A DNA stretch of 64,000 nt, taken from assembly GCA_977017645.1 (NCBI GenBank), contig OZ360221.1, positions 64,294,001-64,358,000 on the forward strand. Direction: 5' to 3'. The translations under genes were made by a program, and so were the position numbers. Positions 46,701 through 60,911 of this stretch are shown here, in pieces. The DNA comes from Torpedo marmorata (Eukaryota). The notes below the pieces were generated by a model, which saw only the letters and a list, made by a program, of their open reading frames with translations, ran no database searches and was not told the DNA's origin. How positions within the stretch are numbered: position 1 is the first letter of the stretch; every line of letters begins with the position of its first letter.

Positions 46701-49700
46701 GTTATTGATATAAAGAATAAGAAAATGATCTTAATAGTTTTATACGTGACTTTCCGCAGTGTGCAGGTCAGGCAATGCTATGGATGCAAAATACTTGATG
46801 GACACATTATACATTTTATTTTATTTTTTAAGTCGGCCTCTTGAGTTACCAACGACAATCAGCCGCATTCTTCCATTTATCTAAAGTTCTCATTTTCTTT
46901 AATTTGCTGTTTGTAATATAATTTTTATTGCATCCTTGGATGAAGTACCACCTTTCCAGATTTTGCGTAGCGTTTGCATCAAAGGCAGCTCCAGATTTAA
47001 CGCTCTGTGAGACAAATGGAATTTTATTTTTGTACATTGTTTTATTGACTTATCAACACGTGTTTAACAATTTGATGCGGATAAATCGTCGAATATCCCA
47101 AAACGAACATAATTGTAAAAGTATGTAGTCGTGAATGTAACATTTCCTTGTTTAACTATTGTCTGCCCAGTGAATTAGCAATCTAGTTTGGGCATACCTT
47201 TAGGACTGTAATGTTTGGAGGACGAATGCAACTGGATAAATGTAATGCTTTCTTCCCCTTATTCTTCAAAGGGTATTAACCATGCCAGTTTAATGAACTC
47301 ATTAAGGGAGAACGCGTATTATTTGAAACTTTCTGACTTTAATAAGATTAATGACACAAAATATGCATATGTGTAAAATCATTTTAAATCTTATTACGTT
47401 TCAGGAGGAAAATGGTGTTTAGTAGAGACAATTTGTATGTTACGTGCAATTCCCTTTCCCACACACATACAAAGATCTTTGCATGATAAATATGATATAG
47501 CAACAGTCGCTCATATAATCAGACTGGTGAACTTCCTGGCAGTTCATGCGGCAGATTAGCACAACATCTATAAAGATCTTGACGGTGGGTATCATAATAT
47601 TCTATGGCCCCTATTTTATATATGTACACGCATATAATAAATTAAAGTTCAATTAACAAGTATTTTTCTGCTGCTGGTTGGAAACAGGCAGCGGATTCTG
47701 ACCGTTTTCACAATGGCCACCTCGCTACTGGAGAAGCAGGTATCTGGAAACTGTTCTGACGTCGTCTGCAACAATCTTAAACTTTCTATTTTAATGCACT
47801 GGAGAAAAGTCGACGTGGCACAAAGAATTAATATCTTAATAATTTAAGCACCTTGAAGCTCTTCTGAACAGGCAGTTAAGAATAAAGGGACTCGATTGCT
47901 GACTGCAGCGTGCAACAAAAAAAAACCTTGCACGGCAGTTGAGCGCTTTGACTAGGTATATCGAAGCTTTGTACACAATTGCCAAGCACTATACTCAAAG
48001 TGCAAAATCGAACATAGAGGACTGGAGATCGTCAGAAAAGAGCTACACGCAAACTTTCAAGCAATACAAGATAAAGTCTGAAAATTAATGCCACCCAGTA
48101 CAAAATAGACGGAGAAGAAGCGGTATTCGCGGCGCAACACCAGAAATGGGCGATGAAAGGGCGGTAGTTATTTCTACAAACTTCATTTAATGGTCAATGC
48201 ACCAGACAACGCATCATTGCAGTTATTGCTGACGACAAGCAGATCTTTATTAGCCTTCATCTTAAACGGCCTGAGTCTGTATGAATTCTTAGGCTTCCAG
48301 CATCATAAAATGTGTCAAAATACACTTATTCATAATAGTTGAGCTTCGTTCAAGTATAGGTCATCTTTACAGCACAGTTTTCATCACCATTTTGATATAT
48401 TGATTGGTATTAAGGGGATTCTGGATTTCGATTTGCACAACATGCTACACAAGAAAACAGAAGATGTAGACCATTCTATTCACAAATGATTTTCTGTATT
48501 ATTTAATATGTTAAAGAATACTACAATAGACTGATTATCAAATCGCTTTAAAATTTATGATGGCTGATGTAATGGATAAAACTGGATTATAGGGACCATG
48601 AGGGCATAACATGTAATGGCCGTCCATTTGGGGCACGCAAGGCATTTAGGGAATTATTGTAAAGGCTAAAATGAAAATGAGAGCAACGAAGACGTATTTA
48701 ACAATTTCCAGTTATAATTCATAAAATTGCACAACAATTACTGTCATTACTTGCATTTTATACAACCATTTTTTGCTGCTCAATTCTGCCATCAGTTGTT
48801 TTTGTCACCATCAATATTTGACAGAAAATGACAGGTCGCCCTTGCACATCACTAAACGTCGTATATCCAAGGCTGTTCAGGAACAAGGGGTTGGATCTGA
48901 AAGAAAGCTCTTCGAGGCCCATCTCTAAATACACGAAAGGCGGGTTGTTTCCGCATGGCCCTATACATGGCGAGCTGGCGTTTTTTAATCGCCCAGGTTG
49001 CATCATAACAGGATTAAAAATGCTTGATTAAAACATAAGGGAAATACACCGATGCATTCATGCAGCTACACACAGGTTTTACATAGATTTTCATCCAAAG
49101 CCTAGATATCCGAGTTGATAACTGAGAGACAACACAGCAAGGTGGCTGGCTGTCATTTTAATCAAATATAAGACCATTGTAAATGATTTGATCTCAGCGA
49201 CAGCAACATCCTTCATAGAACAACACTGATTGTTCTAATTACAATAGCAGGTGATTTCCGCAGATTAATATAATCCCTCATTGGAGACGTTAAACATAGT
49301 TTGAATTAAATATAATTTGGAACAGTGAAACAAAATATCATTTTGAAGTAGTTTGCTACACTCGGACGTTCAGATAAAAAATAACAAAATATTTTCTGCA
49401 GTGGTCAATTGGGGGAAAAGTTACTGAAATACAACTGTCAAACGAGATACTCCACCAATAAAGTAAATCAAATGTGATTTCGAATTACAAAGAACATAAT
49501 CTTGTAGTGTTTTATATATTCAGATAAATACTGAATTCAATTGAATTACAAGCATTTTAATCACAAAGAACAGAGCCTAATGTTGTTGTTTGAAAGCCTA
49601 CATGCCATCTGTGTTTGGATAAAATTGTTTATCAACAGCTTCTATTTCACTTGTCAACAAATCTTATTTATTAATTTTGCCTCTAAATAGATAGACTCGT

Positions 49701-52700
49701 AGCTTGTTTAACTTCATATTATTATGGGATGGTTCATCGTTGTTTATAGACATAGTCTCGTCTATTTTTATCCACCGCCACCAGAAAGAGACACAATTCA
49801 CACACATGAAGAGTGACTTCTTGGTTTCTTCCTTGGTCAAAAACGCTTTATTCATCGAAATAACATGTTACAACCATGCAAATCAGCTGCACTGTTGAAA
49901 TGTATACTTTAAAAGTACACTTTTGAACATTCAGAACACAGTGCTCAAAATATATACCTTCTATTGATAATTGTAAAAGTAAATGTTTTATTGACACATT
50001 CTACTGAACTGATGAAACTTTTATGTATCTAATAAAAAAACCCAACAAGTAACAAACCAATAATTATATCAGAACGATCTGTTCACCCACAATTAATTAC
50101 AGGTTATATTTGAATGTAGAACAGAGTACAAATGATGGTTAAGAGTTAATAAAGGTGTAAGGCTTGAGCTATGCTACATCAAAATGTAGGTTAATATCAT
50201 ATATTTGTTCAAAGAACATCGGTTACACCAACCTTTTTTACTTATAAACCACTGTAATTGTGCTTGCATTAATGTTTCACAGTTACAAAACAAGGAACCT
50301 TCCTGTGTGTGGTGCAGTATCACTTAAGTGGCAAATTTTAAAGACTGCGAAAAGTGACACTTTATAAATGCATCAGCTGGCGCAGAACATTTACATAATG
50401 ATCCTGTTTTTTTACAAATCCCTTTCTAAATAATTTTATGTGAAAAAGATACCAAAAAGAAAAAAAAAGTTGGTTGAAAAAAAATAAACGTTAAATTTGA
50501 CTTAAACCGTCCAGGATGGATTTCCATCAAGAATTTGTTCCATTTTACTTGCATATAGACTGTATGCCAATTGTCTACTGACCCATAATCAAAACGTGTT
50601 GACCTTTCTACCCCTCTCCTGCCCCCTGACCTATCCCGAACTCAATGCAGCCTTTCTAAATTTGCAAAGCATTGAACATGCAAAGGGGGGCTGGGGAGGC
50701 TTTGTTCTCGACAGACCATCAGAGTGTGCATTCTGCAAAAAAAAAGAAAAGAAAAGACGCCCTTTCTCACTGATAGTGGTCGAGCAAGAAAAAAAAAAGC
50801 AGTTAAAGAGGGGACTACATTCCTCTCACAAGTATCAACGCTTACGTATAGGATACCAAGAGGAATAAGATTGCAATTTCGAGTTTTCACGTGGGCCAGC
50901 TGATTATGATGAAAAAAATCCAAACACTCAAGTTTCGAGGATTTTAGTCAGAGACAAATTTCGAATGCAGTATAAATCAGTTAAATGACGTAAGGAATGG
51001 TTAATTCTCAGTCAGTTGGCAAGAAGTAGGAATGTCATTAATAGCATTATAATTCGGTCAGGACTGAACTTGCCCTAAATGCGCTTTTAAAACATAAATA
51101 TTTCTTCAGCAGCCTCTATCAACTGTTCAGTTTAGCGGATTGAGTAAATACTTGAATAGACTCTGTGTTAAATTAACAATATGTTGTGACTGTCAATATA
51201 CGTTTACATTCAACAAAATTATGACATTAATCAAATTTTGCCATGTTACCCGAAGGTGAAGTTATATTGCGATGATCGTATTGTGAGTAGCTAGCTTGCA
51301 CTGAAAAGTATTTAAAATCTTTAATCACATACAATTGGCTTTTTAGAATGCGCAATTTGTGAACAATTACTTTGTGAGTATATAAGAACCAATGATTCGC
51401 AGCATCTAAAATTATTAGTAGTCTTTATACACGACATTTTTAAAATCCTTTCCCCCGAAACCTGTAATGGGCTTATAGAAATATATCTGCAAAGGAAAAT
51501 ATGCATCTACCGCCAGTTTTAGCAAATTGACAGAGCAAAGCAAACGATTTTTATAGTTATCGTGAATATTTATTCGGACGTAGAATTTACTTCGTCCAGC
51601 TGAATTCACAATTCTATGGAGTATTAAAAGTTTGCGAGGTTTTTGAATGTAGTGCATTGATTGTGCCGCATTAGAAACAGACGCAAATCGATTTATTTCA
51701 AATCTAAAAACGACTTTTGCAATATTATTGGGACTTGGGGGCAGTCTTTGTGATGTCTTTTTCAATTACAGCTTATGCGTAAAAGGCGTCTTCTTAAATC
51801 AAATTTAAACAACTGCAACGCTCAAAAGAGACAAAAGTAAAGTAAAAATTAAAGAAAAATATTTTCAGGTTTCTTAATGGAGTTGTAGGCCACTTCCTTT
51901 GAAAGTTCGACATTCAATTCGACTGGCAGCAGCAGAATTAGGATGGACTAGAGGGTCGTAACGTAACCGATTCAGAAGGCGGGGGTCAACTTACTGCAAC
52001 AACGTGCTCGGCAGGGCAGCCTTTAAAGAAACAACAAGATTAGGAAAAAATGTAGTGCATTAAACACCGTTTGCTAGATTTACAGATACCGCCAACGAGC
52101 TTCTTGAGATCTAATATGCATGGGAACACTTTTGTCGATTTTAAAGCACAGAAGGTAAGCATTTCCAAACACGCCGCTGTTGGGATCGTGGGTAGCAATG
52201 GAGAAACAAAGGGAATTCATTCTCCATCTCGAAAAATCAATGGCATGTTTTTACTCCCTAGTTGTTTGATTTGCCTTAAGGAGTGTAAAATATTTATTTT
52301 AAATATAACTTTCATTGTTGAAGAGTTCAATCAGAATTAAGTTGGAAACTCAATACGTTCTGAACGGAACAAAGCAAATTTTCAAAAGGTTTCCTGCAGA
52401 AATCGACTGGTTTTCATGAACTCAACGCCTCAAAGCATGCGGTATTCCCTTTTTAATCTCTCAAAGATTCATAGCAGAAATAATATCATAAACAATTAAA
52501 GAGACTTGATTTCCACAAAGTGAACATGTTAAGATGACTAAGTTTGTAAATATTGACGTAAATGTATTTTAATATAAAAAAGAAATTTGCAACATTCCGT
52601 TAAATGTGAACCTTGTTTTGGCTCCAATAGCATGGAAGAAGAATTAATATAAACACTCCACTAATTTGTTTTTAAATACATAGACATCCAGAAAAGTACG

Positions 52701-53149
52701 AAGACAAGATGTAGATTTTTTTCGTCAAAGCTTTTTGTAATATCACGTTTGCAATCAGCAACGTCCAATACATTCCATTGAGAAATTTCAGCCCCTACTT
52801 TTCCTTCTATTTTCGTCTTGTCATTTATTCATCGACATAAAATCAAATTTAATAATCTAATTAATTTTTTGTTCGGTATTTAGCTATCCATGTTTATAAA
52901 GTAAAATATTTTAACAAGCGTGTATCGCATTTTGCAAATTTAGCGAACCTACCGTGAACAAGGTGATTACATCAAAATGAAAATTTGATTTTTTACTCTT
53001 TGTACTGTATTTCCCGACATATTTACAGTTTAAAAATTGCTGAAAAAATCATTTTAAGGGAAAAAAAACCAAGAAAAATTAATTTTGTAACTTTGCAGAT
53101 CCCCCTCTGCAGCACTTCTGAAACTCAATGTTGGGATCTGCAACTACTT

Positions 53150-53660
53150 AGCCTGGTTCACGTGGGTAACGATAGGTTGAGTGCGTCACCTTTAACCTTC
53201 GCTCGTTCCGGCTTTGGCTCATTTATATACCCACAATGCCCATTCAGTCCATCAATGAGCGCGCGAGCGAAAAAAAAAAGCAGAGCCACCGGAAGCTGGA
53301 GTCGGCATTTCAGCCTAGTGTTTTGGAATGGCTGAGCCAAAGGTCGAAACCGAGCAGCGGATTGGTTCATGAGCTGTCAGTCATTCAGACATTCCAAAAA
53401 AACCCACACAACCCCCCCCTCCCCCTCCACACTCATACACACGCACGCAAACAAACAGACATGGCTCGCGCAGTTTCCGTTATCAGCTTCAGTTGCGCGT
53501 GAAACATTCTCGCGCACCTTCCCACTGTTTCCCCCACCCCCCCCCCCCAACATTGGCCGTTTGAATTTCGCAGCCCTCGTGGGCTGTCAATGCGCCTGCT
53601 CGGCAGCCCGAGCCCCGGCTGCGTGAGTGTGTGCGCGCGCTGGCGGGCCCCCCGTCAGAA
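53150..53660. promoter_or_regulatory. CpG-rich promoter region of MLLT10 with a probable upstream exon ending at 53622
   Basis: High CpG/GC, ATTGG (CCAAT) boxes near 53361 and 53552, CTGTCA motifs, minus-strand TATATAAA near 53222-53229, donor-like gc|gtgagt at 53622/53623, 121 nt before the coding-exon acceptor. Confidence 0.7.
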
Positions 53661-53743
53661 TGGGTCTAAAACAATGTGGGACGTGAATTTAGAAACCAGA
53701 TTCTTCTCCCATTTTGCCTCTGCCCTCTTCTTTCTACTCGTAG

Positions 53744-53888
53744 ATGGTTTCGAGTGGACTTCCGGCTGACTTTTCAAATATGAAGGAGATGATTGGCGGC
53801 TGTTGCGTATGCTCAGACGAGAGAGGCTGGGCTGAGAACCCCCTAGTTTACTGTGACGGACACGGTTGTAACGTTGCCGTTCATCAAG
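53744..53888 (+). CDS. MLLT10: MLLT10 (AF10) first coding exon, start of the PHD finger of the PZP domain
   Basis: Pyrimidine tract + tag|ATG; encodes MVSSGLPADFSNMKEMIGGCCVCSDERGWAENPLVYCDGHGCNVAVHQ; donor AAG|gtaatt; 145 nt, phase 1. The MVSS start, MKEMIGG and linkage to SKIDA1 favour MLLT10 over MLLT6. Not in the ORF track. Confidence 0.96.
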
Positions 53889-56559
53889 GTAATTTTTAGC
53901 AGAAGCAGCAGCATCAGGACAGACCTCTGGCCTCGTTTCAGGCTGAAGCCTCGATGGAGGCCCGGCCCCGTACTGACTTTCTTCAATACATTTTTTAGGC
54001 CTTAAAAGGTCTGATCTAAGTGTTCTTTTAAAATGAACAGAAACTGGAATTATGCAATGTATTTCGTACAATGATTAATTTACAGGTGAATTGTTGTCCG
54101 TCATTGTTCGCAGCACCTGTACAGTTAATCATAAAATGTCCCATTTCATGATAAGGACTAACTTCCTGGAATCTATGTGGAGCTGTTTTAATGAAATGGT
54201 TATAATTCTTAATAAAAATAAAATGTAATTCAAATTGGCACACTAAAGCATTCAATTTTTATCTCGGAATATATGATTATACGTATGGCTCTGCCCGTGT
54301 GTGCATAATCACGATGTACACGTTTTTTTGTTTATTTTTAAGATTACACAAATTCATCGTTGTAAAGCATACAGGGGTATGGTTGTTGTTTTGGCTTGAG
54401 TATATCAATTAGTCTACATTTTGATCGAGATATACCTGCATGTGTGTATGCATCTATATTGATGTTTCTATGGACGTCTTTTTTTCTGGATTCCCGTTTA
54501 TCAAGTTTGATAGTGTTGTCAGATCCTCATTTGTTTTTATTTATGTCCATATGTTTATGTGAGTGAGACTACATGCTTGTGCATATCTGTACACATCTAA
54601 TTTTTAGTATGTGCATATAGATCCTTATCTATTCATGTTTATTTCAAATTATGTGATTGAATATACATTTTGCACATGTTTCAATGTAGTTGTGAATATG
54701 TGTCTGGGCAAGAGTGTATGGTATGTATGTGTGCATCCATATGTTTGCATATTTACAGAAAAAAAATGGAATAGATGACAGCAGACAGATGAGCAAACTA
54801 GACAAAAAGTGAAGTAGTCCTGAAAATGTATTACTCCCAAATGAATTTAGATTTGAACAATTCCTCCACGGAATTCAACGATAGAACATGCTGTTCAACT
54901 CTAATGAAGTTGTGAGGAGGAAGGTCAAGAAAGGGTTAAGGGATTCAATTTTATGGAGGCAAAAAAAAGTTTCTGTAGCCACAGATTGATTTTAGGATGG
55001 TGTATTAATTTTCTGATGCCAGATTTGGGTATGCCATTAAACAGTTATGCACGAGAAAGAGTTAAAATAAGAGTGTAGTATAGATGATTGTGTCTCTGAA
55101 GAATTGAGGTGGTTGTGAAGACCTTGCATTAGTTCCTTGTTCTAAAACAGGCCCCTTTTTTCCCCTCGTAATCCTCTTGTTCACGTAGTGAAATAGTTAA
55201 CCTGTGAGGAATTGGAAGGCATCAGTCTGGTTCATAATGAATTCCTTTACATAAAAGTCATATGATAGACATTGTGGTTGAGGAGGAGTGTGAAATATTG
55301 AATGAGAAAGAAACAAGGAGTTTACCATTTTTCAAAGTAGATAAATTGCCAGATCTGATGAAATCGATCCCAAGCTATACAAATACACAATGTTACAAAT
55401 TGTAAAGGTTTTTGCTATCAATTTCCAATCCTCTTTGCCTACAGGTTTAGTGTTAGATGACTGGAAGATTTCTATCCTGGTATAGTAAAACACTAATAAT
55501 CTACCCTTATTATTTGGAAATCCCAACTGTTCAGCATCTGGTTTAGCAGGACCCATGCCCACACTCAATGGGCCCCTGTTCACTGGAAAACTTATTGTAT
55601 TGTTGCGTAACATCTTTTTGAAAAACAAGTGAATTAAAAGTTTGTTTAATAACATGCAAAATTTGGAATTTCTGCCAGTCTACGTCCAAAGCCCCAAGCA
55701 TGCCAGATTGTTGGAGTTTTATTTTATTGTGATGTTTGCAACAATGGAAAAAGGAATAGACAGGTTAGTCAGCATGGAGGTGAGCAACCTTTTGAGAAAA
55801 AATAAGGAAGAATATTTAGAAACACACCTATTACCGGTAATCATAGATTTGTACATGTCTGTATTAATCATGGGGGTTAATATTTGTGTAACATGTGTAT
55901 CTGCATCTCTGTATTAAATTATTTATCCATGTTTTCAAATTCATCCCACCACAGGAAATTTTACTTTAACTCTATAATATACCTTTTAATTCATCTAGTG
56001 CTGTTTGATCTTTGGGATTTTGGGTTGTGGGAATTTGCATAATTTCCATATAAGCTTTTACGTAACTTGAGTGTTAATTTTGTTCATTTATAAATGTGCT
56101 TTACCACCCCTCTACGATTTTGCTTTCTTTCATTATGCTCTTTGCAGACCTCTTCCTCGTATTATGCATTCTTTAATTTCACCTCTTGGATAATCAGCTC
56201 TTTCAGACACATTTTGAATACTTAAGTACTCCTCAACCCTCCTACTCTCCTGCCACTATCACATACTTGACTCTTTCTTGGGTAAGCCTGTGTATTTCCT
56301 CTGTTTCTCATAGCATCCTCTTAACGGGATCGTTAAAGCAGTTGTGATTGCTTCATTATGAAGAGTAAAATTATTTGCTCCATCCTACCAGAATCATCAT
56401 TAACTTGTAGCTTTGAGTTTATTGCTGGTGATTGCATTGACATCCTGGTCATGATAGAAACTGGGTGAACCTCTGCTTCGTATCTGAATATAATAAAGCC
56501 TCTCTCACCAAGATATCTGCTGCTGTTTTCCTTTCAACCTTTTCATCTTGGCTAAAGGT

Positions 56560-57690
56560 AGACTAAGTGGTGGGACCAGATGGCGTAAACCTGAGGTTTT
56601 TTAAGGAGGTGGTTGCAAAGATAGTGGACCCATTGGTTGAAATTTCTAAACTCTGGGAGGGTACCAGGAGATTGGAAAACAGCCAAAAAGGAAGGAAATC
56701 AGAAGGCCTGTTAATTTCACATCCATTGTTGGCAAGATGCTAGAGTCAATAATCAAAGAGGAAATAACCAATCATTTAGGAAAGGTGAATGTAATCGAAC
56801 CTAGTCAACACGATTTTATGACAGGTAAATCATGGTTGACAAGTTTGTACAATTTCTTTGAAGATGTGACAGTTGATGGAAGGGAACCTGTAGATGTGCA
56901 ATGTGTTTAAATTTCCAAAAGGCATTTGAAAAGGTGCCACATAATAGGTTGGGGCATGAATTAAAAGGTCAAGGCATTGGAGGAAATATGTTAACATGGA
57001 TTTAAAACTGGGTGGGTTCTTTACAGGCAGGAGGGATGAAACTAATGGGGTACTTCAGGGATCCTTTCTTGGCCTTCACTTGTTTACTATTTACATTAAT
57101 GACCTAGAGAAGAGAAAAAAAATGTAAGGTTTCAATGTTTGATGATATGAAAATGGGTGAAAGGGCTTGTTGAGATGTGAATGTTGTGATTCTGCAATGC
57201 AATGTAGATAGATTATTTCTCAAAAAATGGTTCCTGATCCGAATAGTGACTGTCCATTTCTTTCCCTGTATCGTGCCTGATCCTCATTATTTGTTAAGAT
57301 TCCAGCATTTACAGTTCATGTGTTTCCCTGGGTAGACTGATAAAACTTCTGGCAAATGGAGTTTAAGGAGGACAAGATGTAAGGAGAGAAGAATCAAAAG
57401 GTGGATTATTAACTGAATGGAGTGAAACTGAAAATGAGTGAAGATCAGAGGGATCTGGATGTTCTTTTGCATGAATCACCAAATGTTAGCAGTCTGGTCC
57501 AACAAATATTTAAGAAGGCAAATGGTATGTTGGCTTCTATTGTGAATGGGTCAGAGTTTAAGAATAGGGAGGTTTTGTTTTGCATTTGTCCATGCTTTTG
57601 GCAAGGCCACACCAGGAATAGCATTGGAAGCAATCTAAAGAGATTCACCAGTTTAATTCCTGGAATGACAGGATTCTTATTATCATATTG
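56560..57690 (+). mobile_element. Decayed CR1 RT fragment in an MLLT10 intron
   Basis: DWKTA, SIVGKMLESII, FQKAFEKVPH, FTIYINDLE, KKANGMLASI remnants. Confidence 0.8.
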
Positions 57691-59394
57691 GACTCAAAAT
57701 ACATTTTTGACCATATTTCTTTAAGACTAAGATAATGCTTCTAAAATTCTCATTTGTACTTTTTATTGTAAAGACCAAATTTGAGTGCTGGATAGCTGCC
57801 TTTGTTCTGTTATAGTTGAGGTAATCTAAAACTTGATCTGAATTCTAACTAATCCCATTCACTTATCCCTGTGCTGTTGAGATAAATTGGCTTTCGGTTG
57901 AGCAACATTTTAATTTTTCATTAAGTTCTCATCATTATTTTGAATTTCTTTGTGGCCTTGCTATTTTCCATTTTTGTAATTTCCTCCTCCACTGATTTCT
58001 CTTGACCATCCCCATATTTTATTCTCCAATAGAACAGAATTGAAACTTTCTCCCAAAACCTTTCCACCTCTTTTTCCTTTCTTCCTCCTTGACCAATACC
58101 TTCGTCAATTGCCCCAATATCTTCTAATATGGCTCAATCAAATTTTGTTTGATGACATTCCTAAAGCTTTTTTCACTAGTGTTTCAGAATTTAATTTCAG
58201 GATGATCAAGAGGCAGAACTGAAAGAGTGTTTCAGAACTGAAAGTGATGATTTGTAGGACAGCATTTTACAGAGGTAAGAAGGGGGGGAAGCAGTGGAGT
58301 GATCTGGAGATGAAAGTGAGTGTTTTAACTTTTAAATATTGCTTAACTGGCTGGCAATTTAGGTGAGCAAATGTATGGGGGAAAAGGGATATCTTGCAAT
58401 TTAGATTATGGCCAGAGTTGTCGTATTTACTGTTGGAATGGTCAAATCAAGAGATAATGCAAAGACCTCATTTGTTTCAGTTGTAGATGCCTTGGGGTAG
58501 TATAGTTCATGTGTAAATATGTTTGTACAATTGTGTTTGAATGTGGGTCTGTATGTATGTGTCTGCATATACTGCATATATGGAGGTGGTTCTGCCTTCC
58601 TTTAAAGAGGTGTGCACAAGCGAGATTTATGTTTATATATTTGGATCCTTTATGCACAAATATGGGGCAATGAGTAGAACATTCTTACCCAGGTTTGTAG
58701 TCCACTCGGGCTGGTTGTCTGCTATTTTGCTTGCATACATTAGTGTGTGATATTTGTGCTGCTTCAAATGTGTGTACATATGCACATTTTATTCCAGAAT
58801 TTTTTCATTGGCATTGCGAACCAGCAATAATTGTAGATATAAATATATTTCTGAATCAGAATAATGTGTGACTTGGATTGGTATCCACAGGAGATACCCA
58901 TAGTGTTCCTATGCACCTGCTACTCTTACCCACTTTGGTAGAGGTCATGTGTTTGGATGGTGTCCTGTTGTTTGGGCATGTTTGACTGCATACTTGTGTA
59001 TAGATCTTTGGTTCTGTACAATAAAGGGTAAATGGCTTTGGTTGTATTTGTGGGCAGGCATATATGTATGCTTGTGCATTTTGATATGAGTTAGCAAAGA
59101 TGTGCTTCTGCCTTGTATTGATGTGTATGTGCCATATTTGGGTATATTTGTTTGTTTGCACACCTGTATAAATATGCACTTAAGTGTGCTTTCCTGGTAC
59201 CTTCAGGTAGTTAAGTACGTATCTACACTCATATATTCTGTAAATCTGCATTTACATGTTTTTTGTGAATCTCTTTTTACATATGCATAATTGCATATGA
59301 CTTCATGTACAAGTGTTTATACATCTAGCTTCATTTCTATGTATTGTAAACATAATTTTAGTGTGTGTTTGTAAGTAAATGAGTGTCTACATGG

Positions 59395-60050
59395 TAAGCG
59401 GTATGGCACTGAGGAGTGCAGTAGAACAGAAGGATCTGGAAATACTTGAAAGTGGCTCACAGGTAGATATGGTCATAAAGAGAGCTTTTGGCACGTTGGC
59501 CAGTTAGGATGTTATGGTGAAGTTGTACAAGACATTGGTGAGGCCACATTTTGAGTATTGTGTCCAATTTGGCCACCTAACTGCAGGAAAGATACAAATA
59601 ATATTGAAAAAGTGCAGAGATTTACAAGGATGTTGCCTGGACTTGAGGAACTGAGTTACATGGAAAAGTTAAACAAGTTAGGACTTTATTCCCTGGAGCA
59701 TTGGAGAATGAGGGGAGATTTGATAGAAATATAAATTATGAGGGGTATATATAGAGTAAATGCCAGCAGGCTTTTTCCACTGAGGTAAAGGGTGAAAGGT
59801 GAGATGTTTAGGGGGAACATTGGGGGGACCTTCTTCACACAGAGTGGTGTGAGTGTGGAATGAGCTGCCAGCTGAAGTGGTGAATGCGGGCTCGATTTTG
59901 ACACATGAAAAATTTGGATAGGTATATGGATGGAAGGGTTATGGAGGGGGCTATGGTACGGGTGCAAATCAACGGGACTAGCTTGAATATTGGTTTGGCA
60001 CAGACTAGGTGGGCCGAAGAGCCTGTTTCTGTGCTCTAGTGTTCTGTGGT
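59395..60050 (+). mobile_element. CR1 3' fragment in an MLLT10 intron
   Basis: LYKTLVRPHFEYCVQF, RGDLIE, FFTQ, tail GGGCCGAAGAGCCTGTTTCTGTGCT. Confidence 0.85.
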
Positions 60051-60911
60051 CTGCAAGGGGGTATCTGTACCCAGTTGGTCCAGTGGTGTTCTAAACCTAA
60101 TGGAATTTATTTCTAACTTGCATCTTTGTAAATTTATTCATTTCTATTTCTGCCTTGTTTCATCTTAGAATTCTGTCTATCTGCCTTTCTTACACATGTC
60201 AGTAATTAGAATAATGTATATTTTGTGAAACACTTGATTTTCTCACACAAGCTATCTTTTTTTTTTAAATGAAAAAGCTAAGAAAATACATTGTTTATCT
60301 CGTATTAGAGTAAATTAGACCAGTAAGGCTGAGGAAAATTCTCTTAAGATTTTTTTGGAATAGTGTATTTAATTTTGAAACCAATTAAAGCTGCAACCAG
60401 TCTGTAATCAATAAATATGAGGGCTTCTCCCTATGCACATTGTTTCAAATAAACTTTCAATGGACATTTTTCCTGCATTAGTTTCAAAATAATTTGAAGT
60501 ATAAATTGTGTTAATATTAACCCTAAAATTTGTGCATTTTGGCTTGAATGTCACTGTTCTGTGAGAAAAGTGCACAATATTCATGGCAGATTCACTGTAT
60601 GAATTTAGGACAATTTATGTAATTGACAAAATTAATTTTGAATAAGAGCTTAAGGTTTAGTCTAAACTTAATGTAGGCTTTAAAATAATTGTTATTTGTG
60701 AATTTGATGTAAATTTGCTTCAAGAAAATTCTACTACAATTTTTGTTGTTTATTAACCAATTGTTGGTAGTAAAATATGTGGTTGGGGAACGATGGTATG
60801 AATTAATAGTGCATGTCCTTGATATGTGTGTAAATGCACAAGAACAAAATATAAACATGAAACTGTACAAGTCAATGAATAGGTTGTTTAGTTTTTCCTT
60901 AGGCTGCCTTT

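Noticed and set aside
53655-54071. 138-aa minus-strand ORF
   Set aside because: Antisense shadow of the MLLT10 coding exon; no recognisable protein.
58490-59400. TG/TA-rich stretch giving several His/Thr/Tyr-rich ORFs (also 54430-54750)
   Set aside because: Cryptic low-complexity intronic sequence with no regular period or coding signal.
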